Under the pieces are notes generated by a model. That model ran no database searches. It had not been told where the DNA came from and saw nothing but the letters and a program-made list of their open reading frames with translations. From an uncultured Candidatus Saccharibacteria bacterium (lineage in GTDB: Bacteria; Patescibacteriota; Minisyncoccia; UBA6257; 2-01-FULL-56-20), in contig CAYLWL010000001.1 of the NCBI GenBank assembly GCA_964387675.1, forward strand, positions 74,819-138,818: a stretch of DNA of 64,000 nucleotides, read 5' to 3'. Both the position numbers and the translations under genes were made by a program. Shown here piece after piece: positions 1-9,050 of this stretch (its first letter is position 1; each line of letters begins with the position of its first letter).

Positions 1-89
1 TTTTCGAACCAGTTCAAAAATCTCCTCGTTGCTGATTTTGTTGGCGTCTAAAAATTTAAGGGCGCGCGACGTGAACGATACGTTCCAGT

Positions 90-284
90 TCATGCCGCAA
101 TCTTGTATGTTCTGTGTGCCCCACGAGACGGTTTCCCATAGAGACGTTCTATTTCCCTTTGCTCTTTTAGTGAAACGTGTTGCGAAACAAGAGCTTGAAG
201 CTTCATAATCTCGGTTTTGAAAGCTTCTTTGACGCCCTCTTTGATAAGGGTTTTCAGTTGTCGCTCGCTTAACTTTGGAATCAT
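90..284 (-). CDS. hypothetical small protein (64 aa), divergent from gpmI
   Basis: Intact ORF on the minus strand; no recognisable domain. The larger antisense ORF 297..1292 is rejected as a shadow of gpmI. Confidence 0.25.
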   Translation of the reverse strand: MIPKLSERQLKTLIKEGVKEAFKTEIMKLQALVSQHVSLKEQREIERLYGKPSRGAHRTYKIAA

Positions 285-377
285 AGTACGTTAACTTTAA
301 GCTCGTATTGAGAATCTGTCAACCTCTCTGAAAATTTCGTGGACCACTATTTTGTTTTTTCTGTTAGAATTAAACTC

Positions 378-1913
378 ATGACAAAGAAAACCGTAATTCT
401 CGTGGTGCTCGACGGCTGGGGCATCGGACGCGAAGACGAATCGAACCCGATCCACGTCGCAAACCCCAAGAGCTTTTCGTGGCTCAAGGAAAACTTTCCG
501 ATGACGAGCTTGCGGGCCTCGGGCATCGCCATCGGACTCCCGTGGGGAGAAGTCGGCAACAGCGAGGTGGGGCACCTGACCCTTGGCGCCGGAAAAGTGC
601 TCTATCAGTACTATCCGAAAATCATGATGGCCATTCAGGACAAAACGTTTTTCGGCAACCCCGCGCTCAAGGGCGCATTCGAGCACGCCAAAAAGAATAA
701 TTCCGCGGTGAACCTTGTGGGGCTTTTGAGCAAAGGCAACGTGCATGCCTCGCTCGACCATGTGCGCGCGCTCCTCGAGATGGCTACACGCGAGGGGGTT
801 TCGAACGTGAAACTCCATCTCTTCGCGGACGGAAAAGACAGCCCCCCGAAGACCGTGCAAAGTTTTCTTAAAGAAATCCCCCAAGACAAACTCGCGACGC
901 TCGTCGGCCGCTATTACGCCATGGATCGCAACCAGAACTGGCGGCTCACGGAAACCTGCTACCAAAATATGACAGGGGGAAGCGGCACGGTTGTCGCCGA
1001 TCCGAATCCCTCCATCGAAGCGACTTTTAAGAAAGGACTCACGGAAGAATACCTGCCGCCGCTCCGTTTCGGCGAAGGGAAAACAATCGCGGAGAACGAC
1101 GCCGTCATCTTCTTCAATTTCCGGGAAGACAGCATGCGGCAGCTTGCGGAGGCCTTCGTCGTGAAGAGCTTCGACAAGTTCGCAGTTAAAAACTTTCAGA
1201 ATCTCCATATCGCAACCATGACCAACTACGAAGAAAAATTTACCGTGCCGGTCGCCTTCGCGGCGGATACGGTGGAGCGACCCCTCGGCCAACTATTGAG
1301 CGATGCGGGGAAAAATCAGATGCGGCTCGCGGAGACATACAAATACGCCCACATCACGTACTTCTTCAACGGCTATCGGGAACAGCCGTTCAAAAACGAA
1401 TACCGAGCCCTGATTCCTTCTCTCTCCACGCCGCGCCCGGAAGAACACCCCGAGATGATGGCCGGGCCGATCACCGACCGGCTCATCGACGCGATTCAGG
1501 AACTTGCTTTCGATTTCATTCTCGTAAACTATTCGAACGGCGACACGATGGCACACACCTCGAGCTACGACGCTGGCCTCAAGGCAGTCCAGATCATCGA
1601 CCGAGAAATGGAAAAGTTGCTCAAGGTTGCCGTAAGCGACAAGATCGCGCTTCTCGTCACCTCCGACCACGGCAACGTGGAAGAAATGATAAATCCCGCG
1701 ACGGCACTCCCCGAGAGCCAACACGACGCAAACCCGGTTCCATTTTATCTTGTCGCTCCGGAATTCAGAGGCCGAAAGTTCGCGAATTGGAAAAACCTGG
1801 CCAACGAGACCATGGGCTCCCTCGCCGACGTCGCCCCGACCGTTCTCGAACTCATGGGAATAAAAAAGCCGGAAGAAATGACCGGCAGAAGTTTGCTTGA
1901 GGGGCTGATGTAG
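378..1913 (+). CDS. gpmI: 2,3-bisphosphoglycerate-independent phosphoglycerate mutase
   Basis: N-terminus 'MTKKTVILVVLDGWGIG' and full-length similarity to the iPGM family. ATG at 378 is preferred over the GTG at 339 of the track ORF. Confidence 0.85.
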   Translation: MTKKTVILVVLDGWGIGREDESNPIHVANPKSFSWLKENFPMTSLRASGIAIGLPWGEVGNSEVGHLTLGAGKVLYQYYPKIMMAIQDKTFFGNPALKGAFEHAKKNNSAVNLVGLLSKGNVHASLDHVRALLEMATREGVSNVKLHLFADGKDSPPKTVQSFLKEIPQDKLATLVGRYYAMDRNQNWRLTETCYQNMTGGSGTVVADPNPSIEATFKKGLTEEYLPPLRFGEGKTIAENDAVIFFNFREDSMRQLAEAFVVKSFDKFAVKNFQNLHIATMTNYEEKFTVPVAFAADTVERPLGQLLSDAGKNQMRLAETYKYAHITYFFNGYREQPFKNEYRALIPSLSTPRPEEHPEMMAGPITDRLIDAIQELAFDFILVNYSNGDTMAHTSSYDAGLKAVQIIDREMEKLLKVAVSDKIALLVTSDHGNVEEMINPATALPESQHDANPVPFYLVAPEFRGRKFANWKNLANETMGSLADVAPTVLELMGIKKPEEMTGRSLLEGLM

Positions 1914-1963
1914 GGAGTAACATGCGACAAGTGACAGGGGACATGGGCGGGTTATAATATAAA

Positions 1964-2317
1964 TTGATGAAGTTTTTGGCGAAAATCGTAGTCGCGATTC
2001 TTGCGAACGCAATCGCGCTCGTGGCGGCCGCTACCTATATTTCCGGATTCAACCTGGACGGCGATTTCAAAAAAATCGTCGGGATTGCGATTATACTCAC
2101 CGTTCTCAATTTTGTTCTGAAGCCGATTTTGAAGCTCGTCTTCGGTCCTGTTATCGTGCTTACGCTGGGCCTGGGAATCATACTGGTGAACGCATTGGTT
2201 CTTTATGTTCTTGACATTATCGCAAAAAACCTTACCATTGAAACAATTCCCGCCCTCTTCTACGCCACGATTTTAGTGGGCGTCGTGAACTTCGTGTTCC
2301 ATCTGGCAACAAAGTAG
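1964..2317 (+). CDS. DUF360 / phage-holin-4-like small membrane protein
   Basis: 117 aa with 3-4 hydrophobic helices, YvlD/DUF360-like pattern. Its TAG stop at 2315-2317 lies inside the terminal inverted repeat of a family-1 element. Confidence 0.5.
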   Translation: MMKFLAKIVVAILANAIALVAAATYISGFNLDGDFKKIVGIAIILTVLNFVLKPILKLVFGPVIVLTLGLGIILVNALVLYVLDIIAKNLTIETIPALFYATILVGVVNFVFHLATK

Positions 2318-2410
2318 TAATCGCGAATAATGCTAATTGATTAAAAATAACGCGAATTATTAGATTATTAGCGTTATTTGCTGGCATTCGCGTTATTAGC
2401 GAACACTCCC
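2313..2410. repeat. Family-1 palindromic MITE-like element, copy 1 (AATAACGCGAAT / ATTCGCGTTATT sub-repeats; TIR ~GGAGTARTCGCGAATAAC)
   Basis: Seen in sequence. Shares terminal inverted repeats and internal motifs with copies at 5561-5677, 21429-21518 and 59576-59668. Sits between the DUF360 stop and the secG start. Confidence 0.7.
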
Positions 2411-2632
2411 ATGATAATCCCCATTCTCCAAATCATACTATCAATCGTCATCGTGGTTTTAATCTTGCTCCAAGAGCGATCCGCGGGGCTTTCCGGCATT
2501 ATGGGCGGCGAAGGCGGCGGTGGCGGTTTTTATCAGACAAGGCGAGGATTGGAAAAGGTGATTTTTCGGGCGACCGTGGTGTTGTGCGTGATTTTCGTGG
2601 GGCTTGCCGTCTTCCAGCTCGTGGCACGTTAG
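2411..2632 (+). CDS. secG: preprotein translocase subunit SecG
   Basis: 'MIIPILQIILSIVIVVLILLQ' followed by a Gly-rich loop and a second TM, which is the SecG architecture. The start at 2411 avoids translating the repeat element (the track ORF starts at 2378). Confidence 0.65.
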   Translation: MIIPILQIILSIVIVVLILLQERSAGLSGIMGGEGGGGGFYQTRRGLEKVIFRATVVLCVIFVGLAVFQLVAR

Positions 2633-2707
2633 AACCCATCTCAAAAGCATGCTTCAAGCCGAAGATACTTTCGAGATGGGTTCTAGTCTCCTCACCTCAC
2701 ATTCGAG

Positions 2708-4357
2708 ATGACAAAGATAAGAAAAATCTTTTTTGCGCTTACTGGGCGGGAGCGGGTGGTATTTTTATCCGCGGCGGCTTTGGCGATTGTGAGCGGCATA
2801 ATCCTTACCGGCTTGGGCTTCGCCCAAAACACGAGAGTCGTCCCGGCCTCGGGCGGAGAATACACGGAGGGCTTCCTCGAACAGCCGATCTATATAAACC
2901 CCGTCATCGCCTCTCTTGTTGTCGACAAAAGCATCGTGAAGCTTGTCTTTGAGAACATCCGCGGCATCGCCGAGAAAATAGAAACGTCGCCCGACGGCAG
3001 AATCTGGAATATCAGAATAAAAGAAAACTTGGAGTGGCACGACGGCGAAAGATTGACCACCGACGACGTCGTATTCACCATCCAAAAAATCCAGGACCCG
3101 GAAAGCTCGTCGCCGCTCGAAAAAATATGGCGCGGAGTGTCGGTGAAAAGGGTGAGTGGCCTTGAACTCCAATTGAGCTTGGTGAACGCGGACCCCTTCT
3201 TTCGGGAAACGCTCAACACTCTTTACGTCCTGCCGAAGCATCTCTTCTCGGAAATACCTCCGGCAAACTGGCGGCTTTCCGATTACAACCTGAAACCTGT
3301 CGGCGCCGGCCCCTACAAGTTTTCCTCTTACGAGAAGAAGCCCGACGGATTCATCGGCCTCTACCGGCTGGAGCAGTGGAACGACTACCCGGGAGAAAAA
3401 CCGCTGATCGGCAACTTCACCCTCAAGTTCTTCTCCGATCTTCAGGGTGTCATTGGAGATTTCAATTCCGGCCAGATCGACGGCATAGCCGGGCTTGAAC
3501 CCGATGCCGTGAGCCAAATAAAAAGACCTCACGAAACCTTCTCTTTTTATCTTCCGAGCTACTACGCGGTCTTTTTGAACCAAAGCAAGAGCATACCGCT
3601 CAAGGACTTGTCGGTGAGAAGGGCTCTTAGCGCGTCGGTTGGCAGGGCAGGCCTCGTCGAGAGCGCCCTCGGCGGACGAGGCAAACCGGCCCTTGGGCCG
3701 ATTCCCGCGGAGACGCCGTATTTTGACGAAAGCATATCCTCGTCAACGGAATCCATCGAATCGCTTGGAGACGCGCTCGACAGAGCCGGCTGGAAAATGA
3801 ACGACCAGGGGGTCCGGGAAAAAACGATAAAAAATACGAAGCTCCCGCTCGAACTGAATCTTACCGTCCCGCAGATAACATTCCTTACGAAAACCGCTGA
3901 AGTCCTTGCAAAAACATGGCAGCCGCTTGGTTTCAAAATCAACATCAACACGCCGGGGCTCGAAGAGATCGCAAAGAACACCATCACGAACCGGGACTAC
4001 GAAATGCTCGTCTTCGGCAATGTCCTCAATAAAAATCTCGACCTTTTTTCTTTCTGGCATTCTTCGGGCAGATTCAATCCCGGCCTGAATCTTGCGCTCT
4101 ACAACAATAAAAAGGCGGATGCCTTGATCGAGTCCATTCGGCTCGACTCAAACGAAGAAAGCCGCGCGAAGAAGCTCCGCGACCTCCAGACAATAATCAC
4201 GAGCGACTATCCGGCGGTATTCCTTTATTCGCCGGAATACACCTATATCACGACCAAAAACCTTCAGGGAGTTTCGGCGGGTCTCGTTGCCGACCCGTCC
4301 GACCGTTTTGTTGACGCGAAACAGTGGTATGTGAAAACGGCGCGAGTTCTAAAATAG
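2708..4357 (+). CDS. ABC transporter substrate-binding protein, family 5 (peptide/nickel type)
   Basis: 549 aa with an N-terminal TM/signal and a length and motif pattern typical of SBP_bac_5. Confidence 0.5.
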   Translation: MTKIRKIFFALTGRERVVFLSAAALAIVSGIILTGLGFAQNTRVVPASGGEYTEGFLEQPIYINPVIASLVVDKSIVKLVFENIRGIAEKIETSPDGRIWNIRIKENLEWHDGERLTTDDVVFTIQKIQDPESSSPLEKIWRGVSVKRVSGLELQLSLVNADPFFRETLNTLYVLPKHLFSEIPPANWRLSDYNLKPVGAGPYKFSSYEKKPDGFIGLYRLEQWNDYPGEKPLIGNFTLKFFSDLQGVIGDFNSGQIDGIAGLEPDAVSQIKRPHETFSFYLPSYYAVFLNQSKSIPLKDLSVRRALSASVGRAGLVESALGGRGKPALGPIPAETPYFDESISSSTESIESLGDALDRAGWKMNDQGVREKTIKNTKLPLELNLTVPQITFLTKTAEVLAKTWQPLGFKININTPGLEEIAKNTITNRDYEMLVFGNVLNKNLDLFSFWHSSGRFNPGLNLALYNNKKADALIESIRLDSNEESRAKKLRDLQTIITSDYPAVFLYSPEYTYITTKNLQGVSAGLVADPSDRFVDAKQWYVKTARVLK

Positions 4358-4475
4358 TATCTAGAATTTAGAACCTAGTATCCAGGATTTAGCGGCCTGG
4401 TGCGCTTGCGGTTTTTTTAATATTGGTTTAACCTATATTCTAGATTCTAGTTACTAAATTCTAGATTCTGATCAA

Positions 4476-4745
4476 ATGCCTATCATCCAATCGGCCAAAA
4501 AGGCCCTGCGGCAAAACATAAAAAGGCGGGAAAGAAACCTGGCGAAGAAGGAGGTATATAAAAAAGCGGTGAAAACGTTTCGAAAACTCGTTACCGATAA
4601 GAAAACGGAAGAGGCCAAAAAACAGTTAGGGGTTGCGTACAAAGCGCTCGATAAAGCCGCGAAAACCGGCGTCATCAAGAAGAACAAGGCAAGCAGGTTG
4701 AAATCGAGATTATCGAGGATCCTGCGAAAGAGTCAGGTCCAGTAA
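4476..4745 (+). CDS. rpsT: 30S ribosomal protein S20
   Basis: 'MPIIQSAKKALRQNIKRRERN...' is a basic 89-aa S20-like sequence. Confidence 0.8.
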   Translation: MPIIQSAKKALRQNIKRRERNLAKKEVYKKAVKTFRKLVTDKKTEEAKKQLGVAYKALDKAAKTGVIKKNKASRLKSRLSRILRKSQVQ

Positions 4746-5555
4746 GGACTCCTCGTATTCCATTCTTCCCGATTTCACCATCGCGTCATACTCCGCCATC
4801 CGCGAAACTTTTTCGCGCTCGCGGCGAGCATCGCCGGACCGCCACTGCGACGCCAGAATATTGAAGACCTTCGCTCCCGGCTCGTTCTGCGCGAAGAGTT
4901 TCGCAAGCGACGAGAGCCGATACGCGACATTCGAACTTCGGAGACCGCTCATCACCGCCCAATAATCGGGCAGTACTTCAATGCTCATCGCTTCGAGATC
5001 GGACTTTGTAATTTTGCTCTTGCCAAAGTTGCTCAATTTTTCAAGCTCCGTGATCAATCCCCAAGTGTTATTTTGATAGACCAAAGCAAGAACACCGAGG
5101 GCCGACGTGTCGACTTCGACGCCAAGCCGCCCTGCTTCTTTCTCAATATACGCGTTCCACTCCGACCCCGTAAGATAATCAAAACTCTGCGAAACGACTG
5201 CCTGCGGTGAGCCGCGTCGAACCGGCCTCGACAATAAAAAGCCGGCCCTTTTTGTCGGTTTGTCTTTCTCTGAAAGAAGGATGGTTGTTTTTTTGTCGTT
5301 CATGGCCGCCTCGAGCTCTTTTGCCAATCCCGATTCGGAACCTCCCCCGAAGACCCCTTCTACGACCGCGAGTTTCATCGCTCCGAAAACCGACTGGGCG
5401 CGCATAAATTCTTTCAGATCGGCGAGCGCGTCTTTTTCTTGGAGGTCAAAAAAACCCACGCCGAGATTGGAGCGTTTTTTTTTGAACTCCGCAATGATCG
5501 ATTTCTTTTTTTGTTCCCGCCGATACTCATCGGGGCCGTAGAGAAAGATAATCAT
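4710..5555 (-). CDS. holA: DNA polymerase III delta subunit-like
   Basis: N-terminus 'MIIFLYGPDEYRREQ' and ~280 aa length match HolA-like proteins. The call rests on N-terminal motif and length only. Confidence 0.45.
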   Translation of the reverse strand: MIIFLYGPDEYRREQKKKSIIAEFKKKRSNLGVGFFDLQEKDALADLKEFMRAQSVFGAMKLAVVEGVFGGGSESGLAKELEAAMNDKKTTILLSEKDKPTKRAGFLLSRPVRRGSPQAVVSQSFDYLTGSEWNAYIEKEAGRLGVEVDTSALGVLALVYQNNTWGLITELEKLSNFGKSKITKSDLEAMSIEVLPDYWAVMSGLRSSNVAYRLSSLAKLFAQNEPGAKVFNILASQWRSGDARREREKVSRMAEYDAMVKSGRMEYEESLLDLTLSQDPR

Positions 5556-5560
5556 GTTAA

Positions 5561-5677
5561 GGAGTATTCGCGAATAACTCGAATCTTTAAATTAATAATG
5601 CGAATCATTAGGGTTGTTTAAGTCCGTGTATTCGCGTTATTGGCGGTTCGTTCATTCGCGTTATTCGCGACTACTCC
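5561..5677. repeat. Family-1 palindromic MITE-like element, copy 2
   Basis: TIRs 'GGAGTATTCGCGAATAAC' and 'GTTATTCGCGACTACTCC'. Its right TIR contains the TAG stop (complement) of the histidine kinase gene. Its left end abuts the holA-like start codon. Confidence 0.7.
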
Positions 5678-6999
5678 ATTGCCACTTCGTGTTTCGGCAC
5701 AAGATTTGGATCCGTGGGCAACGTAAAGTGAAACGCGCTTCCCCTGCCAAGCTCCGACTCCGCCCAAACTCGCCCGCCATGGGCCTGGATGATATTTTTC
5801 GCGATGTAGAGCCCAAGACCGGATCCTTCGGTCTGGGATTTCAAAACATTCTCGGCGCGAAAGAACTTTGTGAAGAGCTTCTCGATATCTTCTTTGGGGA
5901 TGCCAAGCCCCGTGTCGCTCACGGCGATCTCGACGTACGGCCCATCGCTTCGTTGTTCTACTTTCACAACAACCTCTCCGTTTTCAACGTTATAGCGTAC
6001 GGCATTTTCCAAAATATTAACGAGGGCGATAGAGAGCTTCTTCGGATCAATGAGGATTTTTGGCAGGGGAGATTTCGGCCGGTCGAAATACACTTTTATG
6101 CCGCTCTTTCTCGCAAGGGCGGCCACTTGCGCCAACGGCGCGCTCACAAAATCGATGATGTCGGCTTCCTCGAACGCGTATCCAAAACGTCCCTCCTCGA
6201 CCCTGGCGATATCAAGAAGGTCCTCGACGATTCTTTTGAGCTGACGGGCCGAAACAAGGGCGCTCTCCACGATGGTCTTATTCGTATCACCGAACGACTG
6301 GTCTCCCGCCAAAGATTCGATCGCCCAGTTGAGTTCCGTGATCGGAGTGCGAAGCTGGTGTGACGCAATCGTAAGAAACTCTGTTTTTGACTTCATTAAC
6401 GACTCCTCCCGTGTTCTGTTTTTGATGATTTTCATAAAACCGATCTGGGCGCCAGAACTATCGGCAACGATGGAGGTGGAGACCCTGAGTTCCAAAATCG
6501 GGTCCGAGAAAGACAAGTCAACCACTTGGGGATATTGTCCGGGCGTGGAACGATTAATGACCGACGGGGCAAGAGACGGAAAAATCACTTGAGCCAGCAA
6601 TTTGAACGAAGGATCTTCCACGCCTTTGGGCTCCAGACGGCGGCCGGAAACGCTTCCCCTCTCCAGGTGAAAGAGTTTTTCCGCCGCCGGATTAAAAAGA
6701 AGAATCTGGAAGTTGTTATCGTAGACCACGAGCGCGTCCTCCAGGTTCAAAAAAACGCTTTTGAGTTCGTTTTTCTCTATTTTCGTTCCCCGTTCGATCT
6801 TTGCCGCCCGGTAAGCGCCAAAAAAAACCAAAATTCCAAGAACCACAATCAAGCCCGCCTGAACGAAAAACACCCCTCTTGGTGAAGAAATATACGAACT
6901 CGCAAGCAGAGCGACGAGGAAGGCGGCAACAAGCCAAGCGATCCTCAATTCCGGCCACAATATTATTTCTCGTATTTTTCCCACATCCATACTTTTCAT
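5671..6999 (-). CDS. sensor histidine kinase (TM - PAS - HisKA - HATPase_c)
   Basis: H-box 'HQLRTPITELNWAIESL' and ATPase motifs 'GLGLYIAKNIIQAHGGRVWAE'. Start placed at 'MKSMDVGK...' (TM follows); the longer track ORF would overlap the upstream gene by >100 nt. Confidence 0.75.
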   Translation of the reverse strand: MKSMDVGKIREIILWPELRIAWLVAAFLVALLASSYISSPRGVFFVQAGLIVVLGILVFFGAYRAAKIERGTKIEKNELKSVFLNLEDALVVYDNNFQILLFNPAAEKLFHLERGSVSGRRLEPKGVEDPSFKLLAQVIFPSLAPSVINRSTPGQYPQVVDLSFSDPILELRVSTSIVADSSGAQIGFMKIIKNRTREESLMKSKTEFLTIASHQLRTPITELNWAIESLAGDQSFGDTNKTIVESALVSARQLKRIVEDLLDIARVEEGRFGYAFEEADIIDFVSAPLAQVAALARKSGIKVYFDRPKSPLPKILIDPKKLSIALVNILENAVRYNVENGEVVVKVEQRSDGPYVEIAVSDTGLGIPKEDIEKLFTKFFRAENVLKSQTEGSGLGLYIAKNIIQAHGGRVWAESELGRGSAFHFTLPTDPNLVPKHEVAME

Positions 7000-7012
7000 C
7001 GTATCATGAATT

Positions 7013-7942
7013 CTATAAAATCCTCTGATCTCTTTTTCTGGGCTTTTGCGCGACACGGGCGCTACCCTCAGTCCCTTCTTGCGCCGCCTCGGCTCTCGCG
7101 GCAAGGGTCTTAAATCCCAATTTTTCAAAATAGTTCTTTATTTCGGGAAAATTGTCTTTGGCCTCCAATTCTTCAAGATCGCGGATGGCGACGGGAACGT
7201 CCCTTTTTAAGGTGACCAGGTCTTTCGAGCGAAGCGCTTCTTTTTGAAAGGGTCCTAGTTTCAATTCGATTCTCGGATATTCTTTTAGTTTTTCATACGC
7301 CTCCTCGACGCTCCCGAACTTCTTGAGTATCTCTGCGGCTGTTTTCGGTCCGATGCCGGGAACTCCCTTGATATTGTCGGACGGGTCGCCGACGAGCGCT
7401 TTGTAGTCGATGATCTGGCTGGGGTTTAGGCCATAACGCTCCCGAACCGCGTTGTCGTCGTATGTAACGGTGTCCGTGATCCCCTTTTTGAACGCACGGA
7501 CGACGACGCGCTCTCCGTCCACGAGCTGGAGCGTGTCCATGTCTCCGGTCAAAATGACCACCCTGATATCGTCATCGCGCTTGAACTTCTCCGCGAGCGT
7601 GGCGATCAGATCATCCGCTTCAAATCCCGGCTTTTCGAATGTCTTGATGCCGAACGCCTCAAAGAGGCGATGCGCTTCGATGATCTGAGAAATAAGCTCG
7701 CTCGGAGCGGGCGGACGCTGGGCTTTATATTCTTCGAACTTTTCTTTTCTAAATGTCGGCTCCGGCCTATCGAAAAGCGCCGCCGCGTAGTCCGGTTTTT
7801 CTTCACGCCGCAACTTTAGCAGGATGCTCGCCAGGCCATAGATCGCCTGTACCGGTTTTCCGTCGGGACTCGTGAGCGGCGGCAGAGCATGGAACGATCG
7901 GTGGATTATAGAATTGGCATCGACGAGGAACAACGTTTTCAT
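7013..7942 (-). CDS. 5'-3' exonuclease (stand-alone PolI N-terminal / FEN-like domain)
   Basis: 'MKTLFLVDANSIIHRSFHALP' and a helix-hairpin-helix region. 309 aa with no polymerase domain. Confidence 0.8.
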   Translation of the reverse strand: MKTLFLVDANSIIHRSFHALPPLTSPDGKPVQAIYGLASILLKLRREEKPDYAAALFDRPEPTFRKEKFEEYKAQRPPAPSELISQIIEAHRLFEAFGIKTFEKPGFEADDLIATLAEKFKRDDDIRVVILTGDMDTLQLVDGERVVVRAFKKGITDTVTYDDNAVRERYGLNPSQIIDYKALVGDPSDNIKGVPGIGPKTAAEILKKFGSVEEAYEKLKEYPRIELKLGPFQKEALRSKDLVTLKRDVPVAIRDLEELEAKDNFPEIKNYFEKLGFKTLAARAEAAQEGTEGSARVAQKPRKRDQRIL

Positions 7943-8046
7943 TTATGAGATTCCTTATAATTAATTTTACAACGCTTTCCGTCTGCGGTATAAATCTCAA
8001 TCGACGAGTGGGTGAATGAGGTTGCAAAGTAGGAAAAATGGCTGCC

Positions 8047-8499
8047 TCAAGCGAGGCGGCACTTTATTTTCCGCTCGTTTTCTTTTTTGCCGTGGCTGAA
8101 TTTGACCCAGATCGTATCTTTCGGCAGCAACTTTTTGACTTTTTCCGCCCATTCTATAAGGATTATGTTTCGCGGGTCGGAAACGGTTTTTTTGAAATCA
8201 AATATCTCCAGATCGCGGTGATGCTTGAGACGGTAGCTATCGATGTGGTACGCATACTTAAGGCCCTTGTGGCCGACGGGGTGTCGTTTTATGAGAACGA
8301 ATGTCGGACTCGTAACCTTGCTCCGCGCGCCAAGCGCCTTCAAAAAACCCTGAACAAACGTGGTTTTTCCGGCACCGAGGTCTCCCACGAAGCCGATAAC
8401 CACGGCGTGCGGGCGAGGCCGTAGCTTTACAACTTTTTGAGCGAACTTCGCGGCCAGCTTTTTAGTTTCTTCCGAAGAAGAGGTTGTGTAATTCTTCAT
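8047..8499 (-). CDS. tsaE: tRNA threonylcarbamoyladenosine biosynthesis protein TsaE
   Basis: P-loop 'GDLGAGKTTFVQG' and 'SPTFVLI' motif. Confidence 0.8.
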   Translation of the reverse strand: MKNYTTSSSEETKKLAAKFAQKVVKLRPRPHAVVIGFVGDLGAGKTTFVQGFLKALGARSKVTSPTFVLIKRHPVGHKGLKYAYHIDSYRLKHHRDLEIFDFKKTVSDPRNIILIEWAEKVKKLLPKDTIWVKFSHGKKENERKIKCRLA

Positions 8500-9049
8500 T
8501 TCTTTTTATGAGAAACAGCGCGATAGCGGCGAGTACGATGCCAGTTCCGAGCGCGAGAAAAACTATCCCATGGAACCCCGGCGGTTGATTCAACGGCTCG
8601 CCCGTCGGATGCGCATTTTTCACCATACCCGTGTCGAGCGATATTTTATTCTGCGCGCCCGGGGTGGGGTCGGACCACGCGAAACCCTGCCCGTTCGTCA
8701 ATCGAGAGAAACTTCTCCCTTCCGGCGCGGACCCGAGAAACGATGATTGATCGATCAACGTTCCGCCGGCATCGTACAACGATACGCTCTCGTCGCTGTT
8801 TTTCAAAACGAACTTCGTTTTTGTTCTTTGTAAAACAAGATATTCTCCCGGACCGATCTGCCCGCTTAAAATCACCTTACTATCACCACCCGTCTTCACT
8901 TGCCAACCAGAAACATCAACTCCGCTTGTTTCGCTGTTCCACAATTCAATCCATTCACCCGCCGAAGTTTTGCCGGGCAAAATTTTGGCGGGCGAGCCCG
9001 CCGCGTCCGCGCCCGTGGGGTTCGGCAACCATTCGTTGATAACGACCAT
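8462..9049 (-). CDS. lamin-tail-domain (LTD) protein with C-terminal TM anchor
   Basis: 'INEWLPNPTGADAAG...EWIELWN...DVSGWQV' is the LTD signature. A hydrophobic helix sits near the C-terminus. Confidence 0.6.
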   Translation of the reverse strand: MVVINEWLPNPTGADAAGSPAKILPGKTSAGEWIELWNSETSGVDVSGWQVKTGGDSKVILSGQIGPGEYLVLQRTKTKFVLKNSDESVSLYDAGGTLIDQSSFLGSAPEGRSFSRLTNGQGFAWSDPTPGAQNKISLDTGMVKNAHPTGEPLNQPPGFHGIVFLALGTGIVLAAIALFLIKRNEELHNLFFGRN

Positions 9050-9050
9050 C

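Noticed and set aside
297-1292. 331-aa ORF antisense to gpmI
   Set aside because: It is entirely embedded opposite a well-supported conserved gene. It is a typical shadow ORF with no recognisable domain.
4358-4475. CTAGATTCTAG-type short tandem repeats in the SBP-rpsT spacer (also 12931-12960 and 13560-13595)
   Set aside because: Simple low-complexity AT-rich intergenic repeats. No defined element structure, and likely promoter-region composition.
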